NCBI GenBank assembly: GCA_041690355.1
Contig: JAWLHK010000016.1
Location: 62,001 to 97,097, forward strand
Source: a bacterium
GTDB lineage: Bacteria > J088 > JAWLBW01
Length of the DNA: 35,097 nucleotides
Direction of reading: 5' to 3'
This document shows positions 19,945 to 29,373 of this stretch, piece after piece. The notes under the pieces are model-generated. The model had not been told where the DNA came from. It saw only the letters and a program-made list of their open reading frames with translations, and searched no databases. Every line of letters starts with the position of its first letter. The stretch's first letter is position 1. Both the position numbers and the translations under genes were made by a program.

Positions 19945-22900
19945 TGAAACTCGAAGTGTAACCGCGGACGGACGCGGAAGTTGCCGAAATTTCCCGCTTC
20001 GGTGCGGATCTGCTGTTCGGCGACGCTATTCCATCCCAGGTCGAAGAAGAAATTCTCGGTGACCGAATAGCCGAGCCGCACTTCGAGGTCACTGCCCGTG
20101 AGGCTGGTGGCCAGGTTGGCCGTCAGGTCTTGACGCAGAACCTTCGAGGCGCGCAGCTTCATGGTGCCGCTGCCGCGCGACTCGGTAAACGCCGGCTCGA
20201 GCACGAGCTGCTCGAATCCGAAGTACTGCTGGATCTCACTCTGAAAACCGGCTAGCTCGTCATTGAGCTTGATGGCCAGATTGACCGCTTCGGGTCCAAG
20301 GGCCGTGCTCCCGCCGGCGCCTTCGGTGGCCCGCCGCCGCATGTAGAGCAGACTGAGAATATCTCCGCGATCGAGCGGGGGCTGGCTCTCCAGATCGATG
20401 CGCAGGTCGTCGGGGGTGCCCGTGGCAATCAGCCGGATGTCGTAATACCGGCCCGAGTAGGGTCCGGTCGTCAGCTCCTGAACGCGCGTACGGGCCTGCA
20501 GATCGATATAGGGCTCGACCCCCGAACCGTCGACGAAATTGATCTGCCCGTTTTCGACCTGAAAGGCGTTTTCACGGAAAACGATGATCCCCTCGTTGAA
20601 CTGCAGGTTGCCGGTGACGCCCGGTTGGAGCGGATATCCGGTGAGGTTGACGTTACCCTTGAGCTTGGCGTCGGCCAGGTTGTTGCGGATGAGGATGCTG
20701 CCCGCCGAGTGGAGGTTGAGGTCGAAGTGCAGCCCCTTCTTTTCGAAGAGCCCCGCCCGTGCTTCGGGCCTGCGCAGCCGCAGAATCAGCGACTCCCAGC
20801 TGTGCTGCGCATCATAGACCGCCCGCACGACTTCGAGATCGCCGCGCAGGATTGCATCGTCGATGGGGCCAACGAGCTCGACCCTGCCGCTGACGCGGGC
20901 GAGAAGCCAGGAGGGGACGCGCGCCTCGGCCTCGTCGAGGGTCGCGAAAAGAGAGACGCTCGTCGGCACGAGTCCGTCCATGGTCAACAGCCCGCCGCCC
21001 GAAATCGTACCTCCCCCGATGCGGCCATGCAGCCGATCGATGACGATCTGATCGTCGTTGAAGGCAGCCGTGGCGTCGACGTCCTCGAAGAGCATGTCGA
21101 CGTCGCGCAGTTTGAGGCGCGCCCCACGCGTGCGCAGGCCGGCATGCACGGCCGGGCTCGTCAGCGTACCGCCAACGGTGCCTTCGATCTGCAGAAGGCC
21201 CTCGGCCGCCTGCAGGGTATCGATGAAGGCGGTCATGATCTGCAGATCGACACCAGCGTTGACCGCCAGCTTGAGGGAGCCGTCCATGCCGACGCTGCCG
21301 CCGACGGTGCCCGCAGCCCCCTTGCCGGTCAACGCCGTCTTCGGAATCGAGATGCGGCCGTCACCGAGCGTGAGCGTCACCGGCGCCTCGCTCTGGGCCA
21401 CCGAACGATTGTGAAGCAGGCGAACCGTGGGCATCGTGACGACGCCGGAGGCTTGCCGCCAGTCGAGCAGCGGGCCCTGCAGATCGGCCTGCCCGGAGAG
21501 AAGGAACTCGACCTCGCCGTTCATGTATCGCGACAGCCAGGGAGAGAGATCAATCCCGTTTGCCTCGGCACGTAGCCGACCAGGGTAGTTGCCTTCGGCA
21601 TGGAAGTCGAGTTCAGCGACTGCCGTGTCACCGGTGGCGCGAACGGCGAAAGCATCCCCCTCGCTCGCAAGCCATGCGCGCATGTGTCCGAACGAGACCC
21701 CGGCCGCCTCGACGGCGTGCGCGTCGGCGTGGGCGTGCATCGCAATCGGGCGTCCCTCTGCCCCCCGGATCCGGAGTTCCGCCGCTCCGGTGCCCGAAAG
21801 GCCGTAACCGGCCAGCACGTCGATACGCGCGAGAGATACGTCGCGGCCGCGTACAGTAAAATCGATGTCGCCGCCGGGGTCGATCGTCCCCCCGGCCACG
21901 AATCCGGCGTTGCGATCCCAGCCGCGCAGCGCAGAAAACTCGAGCGCACCCTCGCGGATGTCCATGCGTCCTTCGACCCGTTCGACATGCTCGCCCCAGA
22001 CGACGGCATCGGTCACCGTGCCCGCCGCATACCCGGTAGGCTGCGTTACCGGGCTCTCGAGCAGAAAATCGCCGGTGAAATATCCGTCGACGGGCACGGC
22101 CCCGGCGGTGAGCGGGTCGAGGATTGCGCTGAGCGGGACTCGGGTGGCTTTCACGGGAAGGCTGACATGCACATCGCCGTCAAAGGGTCCGATGTAGGCC
22201 GCATCGACCTGCGCACGTCCCGATGGCCATTCGCCGGTCACGAAGGCGAGGCGAAGCTCACGCAGGTTCACGTCGAGCGAGCCGCGGGCAATCGCCAGGC
22301 GCACCCAGGGGAGCTCGACGTCGCGAGCGTCGATATTGAACAGAAAGTGCGGCTCGGCAAGGGTGCCCGTCCAGCGGCCGTCAGCCGTACCCCAGCCACG
22401 GATGTCGAACCCGGTGATCCCTCCGACGGGCGAGAGGTCGCCCGACTGGAGAGAAAGGTCGATGGCCGTCGCGCCCGTCTGCCAGTCGATGAGGCCCGCG
22501 AACTGAATCGACTCGCGGCCGTTCTCGACACTCCCCTGCTCGATCAGAAGCTGCACGGGATCGGAGGTGACGAGCATGCGGATTTCACCGGCCGGAATCG
22601 GGATGACGTGGTTTTCGCCCCAGCTGAGGTCGCCGCCCTCGGGGAGCAGACGGAAGTCTCCGGCAAACTGACGCGGATCGTCCAGATCGCCCACGGCCGA
22701 AACGCCGCCCCCCCAATTACCCGTAATGCGCGGCAGGCCCGGGATCCTTCGACGCAGCTCGTGAAAGCGCAGCCCCGCGAAGTCGGCATCGGCCGACCAC
22801 TCGAGGCTCGCGAAATCGAGCGCGCCCGCAAACGTATACCGTCCGTCCCAGAGATTTCCGGTCGCCGACGCGATGCGCAGCCCGTCTGCCGAAACCTCGG

Positions 22901-23885
22901 CGGCCACCGAGGCGTCGCCGACGAGAAACGCATCGACGAGCAGGGCGTCGGTGCCGACCGTGCCCGCGACCTGAAACGTCTTGAAATCGCCATTGTAGGT
23001 GGCATCGTAGGTAAGTGTGCCGGTCAGCTCGGGAACGTCAAAGAAGAAGTCGTTCAGGATCGACGCATCGACTTCGCCCTGACCGGCTACCTTAAAGAGA
23101 TGGCGCCGGGAGATATCGACAATCCGGCCGGTCCCATGGAGGACGCCACTGGGATAATTCGCGCGGATCTCGACGGAATCGAACACCAGATCGACCCAAG
23201 GACCCTCGATGATCTCTACCGCGAGTTCGCCCTGCAGCCGTTCAATCTGCGTATCGCGGCCGAACATCCGGTACATGCCCTTACCGCGGCGGGCTTTGAT
23301 GGGAATCCTGCGCTCGGTGGAAATCCGGTCGAAGCGGGCCTCGGCCGTGAATTCGGTCAGGTGAGCCCGCAGGTCGATGTCGGTGACCGAAAAGTCGACC
23401 TCACCGTCGACAAGCGCGACTCTTCCGACTTCGACGGTCCATGCCGACGGCGGCCCCGTGTCGCTGTCGGCCGCATCGACGAGCTCATCGATCTTGTCGA
23501 GGTTCAGGAAGTTGTACCATTCGCCCTGGTCGTTGCCGAAAACGATGTAAGGGTTCCACGCCGTTATCGTAATTTCGATGTCGCGACGCAGCAGTTCGAG
23601 CGGGGCGATGCCCGCCCGCACCCGCGGCACCTGCAGAAAGGGGGTATTCTCGGTAACGGCGCCGCTGTATACCCGCAGGCCGTGCACCTCGACTTCGAGG
23701 AGCAGCGGATATAATTCCACATAGTCCCAGTGCGGCGTGAGGCCCAGCAGCCGGTAGACCAGCGCGCGAACCTCTGTCTGCAGCCGCTCCTGTGCCCAAG
23801 GCGATGAAACGAGCGCGGTTCCCGCGTAGAGAAATCCCACGCAGAAAGCGATGACGATGGCCAAGGTCTGCAGCAGGCGCTTCAC
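19941..23885 (-). CDS. tamB: Translocation and assembly module TamB (AsmA-like, C-terminal DUF490-like)
   Basis: N-terminal membrane anchor; long beta-rich body; C-terminal [20 protein letters not shown] and [16 protein letters not shown]; adjacent to an Omp85 gene. Confidence 0.88.
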   Translation of the reverse strand: MKRLLQTLAIVIAFCVGFLYAGTALVSSPWAQERLQTEVRALVYRLLGLTPHWDYVELYPLLLEVEVHGLRVYSGAVTENTPFLQVPRVRAGIAPLELLRRDIEITITAWNPYIVFGNDQGEWYNFLNLDKIDELVDAADSDTGPPSAWTVEVGRVALVDGEVDFSVTDIDLRAHLTEFTAEARFDRISTERRIPIKARRGKGMYRMFGRDTQIERLQGELAVEIIEGPWVDLVFDSVEIRANYPSGVLHGTGRIVDISRRHLFKVAGQGEVDASILNDFFFDVPELTGTLTYDATYNGDFKTFQVAGTVGTDALLVDAFLVGDASVAAEVSADGLRIASATGNLWDGRYTFAGALDFASLEWSADADFAGLRFHELRRRIPGLPRITGNWGGGVSAVGDLDDPRQFAGDFRLLPEGGDLSWGENHVIPIPAGEIRMLVTSDPVQLLIEQGSVENGRESIQFAGLIDWQTGATAIDLSLQSGDLSPVGGITGFDIRGWGTADGRWTGTLAEPHFLFNIDARDVELPWVRLAIARGSLDVNLRELRLAFVTGEWPSGRAQVDAAYIGPFDGDVHVSLPVKATRVPLSAILDPLTAGAVPVDGYFTGDFLLESPVTQPTGYAAGTVTDAVVWGEHVERVEGRMDIREGALEFSALRGWDRNAGFVAGGTIDPGGDIDFTVRGRDVSLARIDVLAGYGLSGTGAAELRIRGAEGRPIAMHAHADAHAVEAAGVSFGHMRAWLASEGDAFAVRATGDTAVAELDFHAEGNYPGRLRAEANGIDLSPWLSRYMNGEVEFLLSGQADLQGPLLDWRQASGVVTMPTVRLLHNRSVAQSEAPVTLTLGDGRISIPKTALTGKGAAGTVGGSVGMDGSLKLAVNAGVDLQIMTAFIDTLQAAEGLLQIEGTVGGTLTSPAVHAGLRTRGARLKLRDVDMLFEDVDATAAFNDDQIVIDRLHGRIGGGTISGGGLLTMDGLVPTSVSLFATLDEAEARVPSWLLARVSGRVELVGPIDDAILRGDLEVVRAVYDAQHSWESLILRLRRPEARAGLFEKKGLHFDLNLHSAGSILIRNNLADAKLKGNVNLTGYPLQPGVTGNLQFNEGIIVFRENAFQVENGQINFVDGSGVEPYIDLQARTRVQELTTGPYSGRYYDIRLIATGTPDDLRIDLESQPPLDRGDILSLLYMRRRATEGAGGSTALGPEAVNLAIKLNDELAGFQSEIQQYFGFEQLVLEPAFTESRGSGTMKLRASKVLRQDLTANLATSLTGSDLEVRLGYSVTENFFFDLGWNSVAEQQIRTEAGNFGNFRVRPRLHFEFQ

Positions 23886-24070
23886 CTGTCGCCGCCCCCT
23901 TCATCTGACTCCGATGACGGGGACTCTTCCTCGACGGGGACACGGTAGCTCTCACTGGCCCACTCGCCAAGGTCAATCAGCTTGCATCGCTCTGTGCAGG
24001 AGGGACGGTGCGGATTTCCGTCCCATTGGGTTTCAATCCGGCAGATGGGACAACGAAGTTTCCGTTCCAT
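23882..24070 (-). CDS. yacG: DNA gyrase inhibitor YacG
   Basis: CPIC...[24 protein letters not shown] zinc finger with an acidic tail. Stop overlaps the tamB GTG. Confidence 0.9.
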   Translation of the reverse strand: MERKLRCPICRIETQWDGNPHRPSCTERCKLIDLGEWASESYRVPVEEESPSSESDEGGGDR

Positions 24071-24080
24071 GGCGCTTCAA

Positions 24081-24107
24081 CAAAAAACCCCCGGCGAAGC
24101 GGGGGTT
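24081..24107 (-). terminator. Intrinsic terminator directly after tRNA-Gly
   Basis: Minus strand AACCCCCG-CTTCGC-CGGGGGTT followed by TTTTG. Confidence 0.85.
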
Positions 24108-24112
24108 GGACT

Positions 24113-24187
<75 letters not shown>

Positions 24188-24224
24188 CTGAACCTAAGGC
24201 CTGGACGGATCCAGGCAAAATGTC

Positions 24225-24253
24225 AGGCTACCATGCACATAGCCGGAGTGCAA
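24225..24253 (-). promoter_or_regulatory. Sigma70-type promoter for tRNA-Gly
   Basis: Minus strand TTGCAC (24253-24248), 17-bp spacer ending in TGG, TAGCCT (24230-24225). Leader hairpin GCCTGGA-TCCG-TCCAGGC at 24199-24216. Confidence 0.65.
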
Positions 24254-24269
24254 GCAGCAAAGCGGTTTC

Positions 24270-26426
24270 TCAAAGGTCTTCGAGGCCGTCGAGAAGGCTG
24301 TCGAGCTCCGATTCCAAGTCGTCGGCGCCCCCCGTGGCCGCCGAACCTTCGTCGAGCGAATCGAGCAGCGACTCGAGATCGTCCTCTCCCTTCGGCGCCG
24401 CTGCCTTCGCGGGGACCGGCGCGGCCGCCACCGGTTCGTCGTCGAGCCCCGAGAGGAGATCGTCGAGATCGTCGCCCGCAGGCGCTACCGGACCCGCCGT
24501 ATCTTCATCGAGCCCCGAGAGCAGATCGTCAAGGTCGTCGCCCGCGCTCTCTGCGGCAACCGTGGCCACGGGAGCCCGGGACGGCATCGCGGCCGCACTT
24601 TCGACGACGACCGCGCCCCCGAGGTCGGCCTCGAGATCGCCGAGCATGTCATCGAGATCGCTGTTGCCGTCTTCGTCGTTCGGCGCCTCGTCGTCGGCGA
24701 CCATGCCGCTGAGCAGATCGTCGAGCTCCGAATCGCCGTCGCCGGAAGTTGCTTCTGCGGCGGCGGCGTCTCCCTCGAGCGAGTCAAGCAGGTCGCCGAG
24801 ATCGTCTTCGGCAGGGTCAGCCGCCGACATGGCAGGCGCCTCGTCGACGTCGTCGGCCAGTCCGCCGAGCAGCGAATCGAGGTCGTCGTCAGAAGCCGAA
24901 ATCGCGTCGGCCGGCTCGTCTTCATCCAGGGCGCCCAGAAGGTCGTCGAGTTCAGACTTATCTTCGGCCGCAGCGGGAGAAGCCTCGCCGTCGTCTCCGA
25001 GCGACCCGAGCAGGTCGTCAAGGTCGTCAGCAGGATCCGCGGCAGCGGTCTCCGCGAGCGAGTCATCCCGTTCGAGCGCGCCGAGCATGTCGTCGAGGTC
25101 GTCGCCCGGCTCCGAGGCGGCAGTCTCCGCGACCGCCTCTTCCTGTTCCAAGGCGCCAAGCATGTCGTCGAGATCGTCGCCCGGCTCCGAGGCGGCAGTC
25201 TCCGCGACCGCCTCTTCCTGTTCGAGCGCGCCGAGCATGTCGTCGAGATCGTCGCCCGGCTCCGAGGCGGCAGTCTCCGCGACCGCCGCTTCCTGATCCA
25301 GCGCACCGAGCATGTCGTCGAGATCGTCGCCCGGCTCCGAGGCGGCGGTCTCGGCGGCCGCCTCTTCCTGCTCCAGCGATCCCAGCATGTCATCGAGGTC
25401 GCCGTCGGCAGACGCGGTCGCATCGGCTGAATCGCCGGCCTCGTCTTCCAGGGCGCCGAAATCTGCGCCCAGAGCGTTTTCCTCCGGGGCTCCCGGAGAC
25501 GCAGCGCTCACCGCAGGCGCCTCAGACTCTTGTTCTTCGGCAGCCATGTCGCCGAGCAGCGAGTCAAATTCGCTCGCTTCACCCGGTTCCTCGACAGCGG
25601 CGACTGCCACAGCGGCAGCCGGAGCGGCTCCTGCGAGCGGCGCGACAGCCGCGAGAGCCCCCGCGGAAGCAGCAACCGGCGTCGCATCCCAGTCGATGCC
25701 GGCGCCGACCCGACGCACGAAGTCGTCGTCGATACGCTCGCGGCCAGCGAGCATGGCCGACAGAAGCGCCTGCTCGCAAAGCAGGTTGATACGGGCCGGA
25801 AAGCCGCCGGTCGCTTCGTGAACGGCCGCGATCGCGTCGGCGTTGAAAACTTCCTGGGCGCGCCCCGCGAGGCGCAGGCGCAGCTTGATGTAGGCCTCGG
25901 TACCGTCGGCGCCAAGGGGGCTCAGGAGCAACTTCTCGCCATAGCCGGACCCGAAGGTGCGTCCACCGGTGAGCACCACGAGGGCGTCCTCCATCCGGAC
26001 CAGTCGGTCGACCAGCGGCTTGGACACTCTGTCGGCATCATCGACGAGAATGACCGGGGTCAGCCCGTTACCCGCGACGTCGGTGCAATGCGCTGCCACC
26101 TCTTCGAGCGAGCCGAAAGCGCTGCCGGCACGCATCTGTAAGCCGATCAGGGCGGCAGCACGCGCTTCGTCGAAGGCTCCGGCCGCACCCGGGAGCACGG
26201 CGATACGGTGCGTTTCTTCGGACAAAGCGTCAATGACACGCCGCAGAACCAAGGTCTTGCCAACACCGGCCTCGCCAAGCAGGCGAACGACGCCGCCGCC
26301 CGCATCGGCCATGGTCATCAGCTTGAGAAGCGCCTTTCCATGCGCAGCGCTCTTATAGAAGACCCTTGCAGAGGGAACGTTCTGAAACGGTTCGCTCTGC
26401 AGTCCAAAGTGCTCCAGATAATTCAT
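24270..26426 (-). CDS. ExeA/GspA-family AAA protein with long acidic repetitive C-terminal tail
   Basis: N-terminal MNYLEHFGLQSEPF; Walker A GEAGVGKT; Walker B-like ILVDDAD; YIKLRLRLAG...TGGFPARINLLCEQAL. The remaining roughly 450 aa are A/D/E/G/L-rich. ATGA overlap with the upstream TPR gene. Confidence 0.88.
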   Translation of the reverse strand: MNYLEHFGLQSEPFQNVPSARVFYKSAAHGKALLKLMTMADAGGGVVRLLGEAGVGKTLVLRRVIDALSEETHRIAVLPGAAGAFDEARAAALIGLQMRAGSAFGSLEEVAAHCTDVAGNGLTPVILVDDADRVSKPLVDRLVRMEDALVVLTGGRTFGSGYGEKLLLSPLGADGTEAYIKLRLRLAGRAQEVFNADAIAAVHEATGGFPARINLLCEQALLSAMLAGRERIDDDFVRRVGAGIDWDATPVAASAGALAAVAPLAGAAPAAAVAVAAVEEPGEASEFDSLLGDMAAEEQESEAPAVSAASPGAPEENALGADFGALEDEAGDSADATASADGDLDDMLGSLEQEEAAAETAASEPGDDLDDMLGALDQEAAVAETAASEPGDDLDDMLGALEQEEAVAETAASEPGDDLDDMLGALEQEEAVAETAASEPGDDLDDMLGALERDDSLAETAAADPADDLDDLLGSLGDDGEASPAAAEDKSELDDLLGALDEDEPADAISASDDDLDSLLGGLADDVDEAPAMSAADPAEDDLGDLLDSLEGDAAAAEATSGDGDSELDDLLSGMVADDEAPNDEDGNSDLDDMLGDLEADLGGAVVVESAAAMPSRAPVATVAAESAGDDLDDLLSGLDEDTAGPVAPAGDDLDDLLSGLDDEPVAAAPVPAKAAAPKGEDDLESLLDSLDEGSAATGGADDLESELDSLLDGLEDL
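25001..25420 (-). repeat. 75-bp (25-aa) coding tandem repeat, about 5.5-6 units
   Basis: Equivalent positions recur at 25006, 25081, 25156, 25231, 25306 and 25381. The unit encodes EPGDDLDDMLGALEQEEAVAETAAS. Confidence 0.92.
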
Positions 26427-28765
26427 GCGTATGCTTTCCCGGACTGAACGCGTGCCTTGAGTGCACGAATCCGATCGCCCACATCGCGATAGGTCTTGTC
26501 CTGATCGACGACCTTCTTGAAATGTGCGACGGCGTTCTTGATGTCGCCTGTCGTTTCGAACAGACAGGCCAGCTCGTAGTTCGTATTGAGCGCGGCTTCA
26601 GGGGTGCAGGAAGGGCTTGCGAGCGCCCGCTGATAGAATTCGATGGCTTTCGGATTGTCACCGAGCTGCTGATGGCTGAGCGCGATCATGATGGAGCAGT
26701 CGCACTCACGCGCCGAATCCTTCATGGCGATCTCGAACTCGCCGATGGCGTCGTTGACGAGGCCCATTTCCTTATACGCGATTCCAAGATCGTAGTGGGC
26801 GGCCGTGTCGTCTTTGAGCTCGCGCTCGACCCCCTTCTTGAACTGCGTGAAGATGTCTTCGAAAGACGGGGGCTCTTCGCTTTCAGCGGGTCCGGCGTGT
26901 TCTTCGCCGAAGTCCAACTCGTCTTCGAGCTCGGCGGCCAGATCGAACAGCGGTTCCTCAGCCTCATCGGCGGCCGGGGCCGCCGGCGCGGCGGCGGGGG
27001 CCTTGGGCGCGGGCGACGCGCCGCTCTGGGCCAAAATCCAGGCGAGCCGCTCCGTCGCCTGCGCATTACCGGGGTGACGCGCAAGGATGCGGTCGAAGAG
27101 CTCGCGGGCTTCGTCGAAGAGGTTCTGCTGGATATAGAATTCTGCCTCTTCGAGCTGTTCGCGCAGGCTGGGGCCGCCCTCGTCGTCGATACCGAGCACG
27201 CCTGGGTCGCCGTCACCCCCGAAATCGCCATCACCGAGGAGATCGTCGTCGCCCCCCAGAACGCCGCTCAGTTCGTCGCCGAGGTCGTCGCCGAAGCCTC
27301 CGAACTCTTCAGCCTCAGTCTCGCCACCGATGACGACCTCTGCGCCGTCATCGTCACTTTCGCCCCCGAAATCAACATCGACGGAGATCTCGTCGTCAAC
27401 GGCAGCTTCACCGCCGATGACAGGCTCGGGCGCCACTTCTTCCGACGGCGCCGGTGCGGCCGGGGCCAGCTTGTCGGCGCGGTCCAGATAGGTCTGTGCC
27501 TGGTCGAGTTCGCCGAGACTCTCGGATATCTCGGCAAGCGCGCGCAGATGCGTCGCGGCCTTGGCGGGAGACTCTTCGGCATAAACGTCGACGAGCTTCA
27601 GGCGGGCCGAGATGTTGTTGGCATCATGCTGCAGCACGCCCTCGAGCTGCTCGATGGCCTTGTCGCGCAGACCGTACTTCAGGTAGACGTCGGCTTCTGT
27701 GAGGAACTTCGAGAGCTGCTTGCTGTTCTGGTTGCCGTAAGTTCCCGACACGGGCGTTCGGGGCCCCGTGGCCGGTGGCATCGGCGGCGGGGGAGGTGCC
27801 GTCTGCGGAGCCGGTTTCGGGGCAGGCGCGGGGGCGGCCGGGGCAGGCTTCGGCGCCGGAGCTGCCGGCGCAGCAGCCTGCATGTAGGCGGTCGCCTCGG
27901 CATTGCCCGGATCGCGGGCCAGTACGGCCTCGAAAGTCTTTCGTGCTTCGGCCGGCTGCTGGTGGCTGACGTAGTACTTGGCCTTTTCGACCTGGGCGTG
28001 AATCGCCTTGTCTTCTTTACCGAGCAACATGTACGCCCGATCGAGCAGGTCGTACAGTTCAGCGTCCATGATGCCGCGGTCGAACAGCGCTTTCATCTTG
28101 AGCAGCGCCTTGTTCGCCAGCCCCACGCGAATATATGCGCGGCTCAATTCGCGCAACGACTCGACATCATCGGGGTTGATCGTCAGGATGCGTTCGCAGA
28201 ACCGGATGAGGTCGTCATTGCTGTTCGAGCGCTTGAGCGTTTCGATGAGCCCGCGGAAAATTTCGATGGCGCGATCGCGCTGCCCGGCGTTGAAGAGGGC
28301 TTCGCCGAAACGGGCCTGGACCGAGGGGTCTTCGGGATCGAGCTCGCGCATGCGCTCGAGCATCTGCAGAGCCCGGTCGTGTTTACCGTCGTCCTGGTAG
28401 ATCTTGGCGGCCGTGTTGAGCTGCAGCAGGGCGTCACGCATGAGGCCGAGCTTCTGCTGCAGATCGGCCAGGAGCAGGTACAGATCGGCGGCCTTCGGGT
28501 CGACCTCGACAGCCTGGCGCAACACGGCGACGGCCTTCGTGTAGAAGCCGTTCTTGTTGTACTGTTCGGCCACCTTCTTGAAGGTGGCTACCGCCTCGGC
28601 AGTCTGATTGAGCTTTCCGTAGAGCTCGGCGATCTTCAGAAGGCTGCGAATGTCCTTGGGATCGGCTTCGACAAGCTTCTGATATTCTTTAATCGCCTTG
28701 TCCAGCGCCCCCTTCTGAACGAGCTTCTGGGCGTTCTGTGCGATTTTGGTCTTGTCGATCGCCAC
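26423..28765 (-). CDS. sgmX: Multi-TPR protein, SgmX-like
   Basis: N-terminal TPRs (DKTKIAQNAQKLVQKGALDKAIKEYQK...GFYTKAVA); middle LTEADVYLKYGL; LEEAEFYIQQNL; C-terminal FDLAAEL...FKKGV...HYDLGIAYKEMGL TPRs. Context pilQ...TPR-exeA-tamB-tamA matches the myxobacterial sgmX locus as I recall it. Confidence 0.75.
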   Translation of the reverse strand: MAIDKTKIAQNAQKLVQKGALDKAIKEYQKLVEADPKDIRSLLKIAELYGKLNQTAEAVATFKKVAEQYNKNGFYTKAVAVLRQAVEVDPKAADLYLLLADLQQKLGLMRDALLQLNTAAKIYQDDGKHDRALQMLERMRELDPEDPSVQARFGEALFNAGQRDRAIEIFRGLIETLKRSNSNDDLIRFCERILTINPDDVESLRELSRAYIRVGLANKALLKMKALFDRGIMDAELYDLLDRAYMLLGKEDKAIHAQVEKAKYYVSHQQPAEARKTFEAVLARDPGNAEATAYMQAAAPAAPAPKPAPAAPAPAPKPAPQTAPPPPPMPPATGPRTPVSGTYGNQNSKQLSKFLTEADVYLKYGLRDKAIEQLEGVLQHDANNISARLKLVDVYAEESPAKAATHLRALAEISESLGELDQAQTYLDRADKLAPAAPAPSEEVAPEPVIGGEAAVDDEISVDVDFGGESDDDGAEVVIGGETEAEEFGGFGDDLGDELSGVLGGDDDLLGDGDFGGDGDPGVLGIDDEGGPSLREQLEEAEFYIQQNLFDEARELFDRILARHPGNAQATERLAWILAQSGASPAPKAPAAAPAAPAADEAEEPLFDLAAELEDELDFGEEHAGPAESEEPPSFEDIFTQFKKGVERELKDDTAAHYDLGIAYKEMGLVNDAIGEFEIAMKDSARECDCSIMIALSHQQLGDNPKAIEFYQRALASPSCTPEAALNTNYELACLFETTGDIKNAVAHFKKVVDQDKTYRDVGDRIRALKARVQSGKAYA

Positions 28766-28805
28766 GTAACCTGCCGGTGGGACAAAAGAGAATACTGACG
28801 TAGTG

Positions 28806-28835
28806 ATTCTAGCACACGGGCCCCCGGACAGTAAA
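28806..28835 (-). promoter_or_regulatory. Putative sigma70-type promoter for sgmX-exeA
   Basis: Minus strand TTTACT (28835-28830), 18-bp spacer, TAGAAT (28811-28806) preceded by TGc (extended -10). Confidence 0.6.
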
Positions 28836-28929
28836 GGGACTCGCGCCTTAGAAGTATGCGTGTTTGCTGCGTTTTTTGGGTACGGGGGCGGCGCCGGGGT
28901 TGACGCAGGGCGTCACCCGGGCTCCCCGG

Positions 28930-29367
28930 TCACCGGACGGGCGACCGCGCGGCGAGAAAGCGCAGGGCCAGATCGTAGCCGGCCGAACCCAGCCCCGAAA
29001 TGACCCCCAGGGCGACGTCAGAAAAATAGGAGTGCCGCCGGAACGACTCCCTGGCATAGACATTCGAGAGGTGAACTTCGACGAACGGGATGGCCACCCC
29101 GAGAAGAGCATCGCGCAGGGCGACCGATGTGTGGGTGAACCCGCCGGGATTCAGGATGACTGCGTCGACCTTGCCCTTGGACAGGTGCAGCCGATCGATC
29201 AGTTCTCCCTCGTGGTTCGACTGCATGTGCTCGACGGTGACCGCAAGCTCCTGCGCCAGAACGGCGAGACGCCCGGCGATGTCGCCGAGCGTCTCTGTTC
29301 CGTAAACGTCAGGTTCCCGGGTCCCGAGCAGGTTCAGGTTGGGACCGTTGAGAACGAGGATGTGCAT
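28930..29367 (-). CDS. aroQ: Type II 3-dehydroquinate dehydratase
   Basis: [43 protein letters not shown] and [17 protein letters not shown]. Confidence 0.97.
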   Translation of the reverse strand: MHILVLNGPNLNLLGTREPDVYGTETLGDIAGRLAVLAQELAVTVEHMQSNHEGELIDRLHLSKGKVDAVILNPGGFTHTSVALRDALLGVAIPFVEVHLSNVYARESFRRHSYFSDVALGVISGLGSAGYDLALRFLAARSPVR

Positions 29368-29373
29368 GCAGCC

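Noticed and set aside
23882-24070. YacG has RPSC in place of the usual RPFC
   Set aside because: This is a single substitution with all four zinc-binding Cys and the DLGEW motif intact, which is not enough to suggest loss of function.
24220-25296. Ser-rich 358-aa plus-strand ORF with repeats
   Set aside because: It is the reverse-complement reading of the Asp/Glu/Leu repeats in the ExeA-like tail.
25001-25420. Regularly spaced repeats as a possible CRISPR array
   Set aside because: The whole 75-bp unit repeats with no unique spacers, it is in frame within a CDS, and no cas genes are present.
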